64,000 nucleotides of DNA from Vulcanimicrobiota bacterium (lineage in GTDB: Bacteria > Vulcanimicrobiota > Vulcanimicrobiia > Vulcanimicrobiales > Vulcanimicrobiaceae): the NCBI GenBank assembly GCA_963714015.1, contig OY970223.1, positions 2,080,001 to 2,144,000 of the forward strand, given 5' to 3'. Positions 60,765 through 64,000 of the stretch are shown one piece after another. The translations under genes were made by a program, and so were the position numbers. The notes under the pieces were generated by a model. The model was not told the DNA's origin. It worked only from the letters and a program-made list of their open reading frames with translations, and did no database searches. Each line of letters opens with the position of its first letter. The first letter of the stretch is position 1.

Positions 60765-60843
60765 GCACCTATCGTAGGCGGTCCCCGGACGGCAAACAAG
60801 ATTCTCTAAGGGCAGCGCCTCAGACTTGTGATCCGGCCTGGGA

Positions 60844-61257
60844 TTATGCCTCCGCTTCCCGGCGTCGCGCAGCAAAGGAGCGCGCGGCAATCAGCATCGC
60901 GTGCTGAATTTCGTGAAGCGGCTTTGTGCGCAGCATCACGATCGGCACGTGATCCGCGAGGTAAGGGTTGCTGCCGTGGAACCACGCGCGCGCCGTTTCG
61001 ACGTCGCTTGGGTGGACGAGCGTCAGGGCCAGCTGCAGCGCAAAGCGCAGCACGTGCGGCCGTTGAGGGCCTCGTCCATGCATCCATTGCGCGACCGCGC
61101 GCGTTTCCTGAACGCCGCCGATGTCAGCCACGGCCGGGGCACCAAGAATGTCGGTAAGGAGCCGGACGACATCCTCGATCGGCGCGCTCATGGCGCGCTC
61201 GTGCGCTTGAGCGTCGTCTCCCGGCAGAAGGTTTTCGCCGGCTTCCTTGGTCCTCAT
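60844..61257 (-). CDS. Xre/MbcA/ParS-like antitoxin (no adjacent toxin)
   Basis: LGAPAVADIGGVQETRAVAQW HTH; ARAWFHGSNPYLADHVP toxin-binding-like motif. Confidence 0.7.
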   Translation of the reverse strand: MRTKEAGENLLPGDDAQAHERAMSAPIEDVVRLLTDILGAPAVADIGGVQETRAVAQWMHGRGPQRPHVLRFALQLALTLVHPSDVETARAWFHGSNPYLADHVPIVMLRTKPLHEIQHAMLIAARSFAARRREAEA

Positions 61258-61352
61258 CACACCGTATATACCATACGAAATCCCAGCTCGAAACATGCAA
61301 TAAAATACATGGTGGCGGCTTGCTTAGGAGAGTGTCGGGGGAGCCGAAGAGC

Positions 61353-62291
61353 TTAGCGGATGTTCGTGTCGGGTTCGGCCATGAGAGCTTCTTTGGTGAC
61401 AAAGAAGCTGAGGGGTCGCGAGGGCCGCTCCGCCTGGGCGATCTGCTCGAAAGAGATGCTAGCCCGTTCGTAGCGGTGATCGCCCACGCCCACCGGTGCA
61501 AGGGCTGTCTCCGAACTGATGTACTGGGCACCGTTCACGTCGTCGAATGTTATCAGCCACGGGACCTTGGAGGCGGCGAAGTTGCCCGCGCTCACCAGTT
61601 GCACGGTGTCGTACGTGTGCGTCTCGACCCATAGTTCGCGCAAGCGCAGCTTTTGCGGATCGTAGTTGGGCGTGAGTTTGAGGTGGTAGCATTGGACGCC
61701 GTTCAGCGTCTCGATCCCCGCAAATTCGATCGTGTAACGGCGCGAAAACGCGGTGACTGAAGCGATCGTCTTATCGCTGCCGCTCGTGACGCTCTGCTCG
61801 GCTTTGGAGGCCGGAACGGGATCGTTGAACTCTTTGCGTATTTGATCGACCAGCGGATCGCCGGACGGCTCGTCACCCTGGCTCGAGGCAAGCGTCATGC
61901 CAAACGAATAGGTAGGCGAGACTATCGGAACGCCGAGAAAATCCACCGCTTCGCCGGGATTACCGACGCGTTTGTCCATCAGCGGTTGAAAGTTCCGTTT
62001 TGGAATCAGATGGATCGTTACGCCGTTCGGATCGGGCGGAGCGGCTTGCTCTTCGTCACTGATCGGATTGACGCCGATTTTGCCGTTTGTCGAATCGAAC
62101 GCCAAATGATAATGCTTGGCCTTGGGGACGCCGTTCTCCGTCACGTCTACCGCCACGGTGTACGTGAGATAGTCGGGATAGCGCTGCTGCGCCCAGACCT
62201 GGCGAGCCTGCGCGAAAATACCGTACGGATCGGGCGTCCCGGCAGAGCCGGCCGTACCCGGCAGCAGAAGGCCCGCTAGAAGGTGCAGCAC
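61353..62291 (-). CDS. Secreted hypothetical protein (LolA/RseB-like beta-rich C-terminal region)
   Basis: Short signal; GIETLNGVQCYHLKLTP...LRELWVET. Confidence 0.65.
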   Translation of the reverse strand: MLHLLAGLLLPGTAGSAGTPDPYGIFAQARQVWAQQRYPDYLTYTVAVDVTENGVPKAKHYHLAFDSTNGKIGVNPISDEEQAAPPDPNGVTIHLIPKRNFQPLMDKRVGNPGEAVDFLGVPIVSPTYSFGMTLASSQGDEPSGDPLVDQIRKEFNDPVPASKAEQSVTSGSDKTIASVTAFSRRYTIEFAGIETLNGVQCYHLKLTPNYDPQKLRLRELWVETHTYDTVQLVSAGNFAASKVPWLITFDDVNGAQYISSETALAPVGVGDHRYERASISFEQIAQAERPSRPLSFFVTKEALMAEPDTNIR

Positions 62292-62301
62292 TCTGCCCTC
62301 A

Positions 62302-64000
62302 TCATACCCCATCCTGAGCGCAAAGCGACACGCGCACGTGGTTGCCGTAGTTTCCCATCCGCTCGACGCAGAGGTTCTGGCCGATTGTGCGCACGATGAA
62401 CAGCCCGCGTCCCGATTCGCTGAAGGTGTCTGGGAGAGTATCCGGCACGCGAAACGGCTTGCCTGAGTCGATGACGTGCAGGGTTGGCGTATCGCCGGTC
62501 CATTCGAGTTCCACCTCGACCGGACCGGGAGCGTGCCGCACGACGTTACCGATCAGCTCGCCGAAGATGAGCTCTGCCGTTTCGATGAGCGGCAAGGCCG
62601 AGCCGCGAGAACGCAGATGTTCGACGAGCTCCAGGCGGGCGTTCTCGGCTGCGCGCGCGTCGTCAACTTTGAACGACCACTGTGGCCGATCGCCGACGAG
62701 CACCGTGAGAACCGCCACGTCGTCGTGCGAGGCTTTTCCAACGCACGACTGTTCGATCAGGTGCGCAGGTTCGATCGAGTGAACGATTGCGTCCGTCTGC
62801 AAAATCGCGTTCAGGCACGCCTCGCCTGCTTTCCAGTCGCGCGATCCTTCGATGAGGCCGTCGGTATAAAGCGTGATGAAATCTTCGGCCTGCAAACCGG
62901 CCTCCTCGCTAGGGGCCGCTTCCGCCAGAGTACGCAATCCCAACGGAAGTCCGGAGGATTTCAGTTCGATGAGCCGGCTGCCCCGGCGCAGTATGGGATA
63001 AGGATGGCCCGCATTTGCAAAGCGGATCGTCTTGCGATCCGGACTGATGATGCCGACGAACGCCGTAACGATCGTTTCGGGATAGCGTTTGCTCAGAAAC
63101 CAGCCCGCAGAGTCCAAAATACGTGCGGGATCGCGTTCGTGAAGCGGCACGACGCCGAGCGCGTGCCGTACTTTGCTCATGACGGCTGCCGCCTCGATGC
63201 CTTGTCCGGTAACGTCGCCGACGCTGATGACGACCGAACCATCGTCCAAATCGATGACGTCGTACCAGTCCCCGCCGACTTCGGATTCGGTGCCGGCCGG
63301 TGAGTATATCGCGTTCAAGAACAAGCCCGCCGGCCGCGGAATGATCGACGGCAGCGAGGCTCGCTGAAACGTCGTAGCGATGCGGCGCTCCCGCTCGAGC
63401 GTCTCGGCGTTTTCGATGGCAATAGAGGCGCGGCCGGAGATCTCCACCAAGCCGGGCAGATCTTCCAAATCGTAGTAGCGCCCCGAGTCGGTATAGTAAA
63501 CGAAAATCGCGCCGAACGTGTGCGTGCGCGTGGCGAGCGGAACCACAATAGCGGACGTCGGTTTGAGCGCGTCGACGCCGGGAGAGAGATACGGCCAACC
63601 GCGATCCTTGAGCCGGTGAACGTTAAGATGTTCCCGCACGATCGGCTCGCCGGTCCGCAGCCGCTCGATTAACTCTTTCTCCGCAGCGGGCTGCATGGTG
63701 CGCGTGCCGACGAATGACTCTACGAGCGGCTTCATGGCGGAGTCGCGATGCGCCGCCGCAATTGCGCGCAACGCGACGTCGTCTTCGATCCGCGCGACGA
63801 AAACTGCGTCAGCCATCTCGGAAACGATAATCTCCGCAACGGCTTGGAAGGTGTCGTCGAGATCGGACGACTCGATGAGGAGCTGACTGATCTTGGCCGA
63901 GAAACGTAAACGCTGTGAGGTGCGGCGCGCTTCGTCGAAGCGCCGCGTGTTGCTCATCGCCGCTCCTGCCCGCGATGCGACGGCAAGGGCCACGTCGAGA
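62302..64000 (-). CDS. GAF + SpoIIE/PP2C phosphatase + HATPase (RsbU-RsbW-like), 5' partial
   Basis: VGGDWYD, GDVTGQG, NAGHP, YTDGL, DDVA; ELIGNVVRHA, ESGRGL. Confidence 0.92.
   Translation of the reverse strand, partial: LDVALAVASRAGAAMSNTRRFDEARRTSQRLRFSAKISQLLIESSDLDDTFQAVAEIIVSEMADAVFVARIEDDVALRAIAAAHRDSAMKPLVESFVGTRTMQPAAEKELIERLRTGEPIVREHLNVHRLKDRGWPYLSPGVDALKPTSAIVVPLATRTHTFGAIFVYYTDSGRYYDLEDLPGLVEISGRASIAIENAETLERERRIATTFQRASLPSIIPRPAGLFLNAIYSPAGTESEVGGDWYDVIDLDDGSVVISVGDVTGQGIEAAAVMSKVRHALGVVPLHERDPARILDSAGWFLSKRYPETIVTAFVGIISPDRKTIRFANAGHPYPILRRGSRLIELKSSGLPLGLRTLAEAAPSEEAGLQAEDFITLYTDGLIEGSRDWKAGEACLNAILQTDAIVHSIEPAHLIEQSCVGKASHDDVAVLTVLVGDRPQWSFKVDDARAAENARLELVEHLRSRGSALPLIETAELIFGELIGNVVRHAPGPVEVELEWTGDTPTLHVIDSGKPFRVPDTLPDTFSESGRGLFIVRTIGQNLCVERMGNYGNHVRVSLCAQDGV

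Overview
GC-rich bacterial chromosomal window. Gene content (TonB-dependent receptors, NHL/Vgb beta-propeller lipoproteins, Pro/Thr-linker lipoproteins) suggests Candidatus Eremiobacterota/Vulcanimicrobiota; this is an inference. Three zones: (1) 1-16.4 kb, an accessory/defence-like island with a TM0106-type RecB nuclease and decayed fragments, higBA, a UDG-superfamily glycosylase, a PD-(D/E)XK-wHTH protein, a fusion of a catalytically degenerate LigD polymerase domain to a wHTH and an Mrr-like endonuclease, two toxin-broken TA pairs, two NHL+Vgb lipoproteins and a WYL regulator whose 3' end is echoed 11 kb away; (2) 16.6-36.0 kb, a peptide-utilisation locus apparently geared to D-amino-acid-containing peptides (TBDR, peptide SBP, S9 peptidase, five S12 serine hydrolases, MlrC/M81, DUF1611/DgcN-like plus epimerase/DgcA-like, XRE-cupin regulator), with a shared candidate operator at all four promoter regions; (3) 36-64 kb, mixed regulatory, secreted and transport genes. 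At least ten single-base frameshifts fall on AGCT tetranucleotides, which points to methylation-linked long-read errors rather than true pseudogenes. No rRNA, tRNA, CRISPR array, integrase or transposase was recognised. All family calls are from motif recognition, not database searches.
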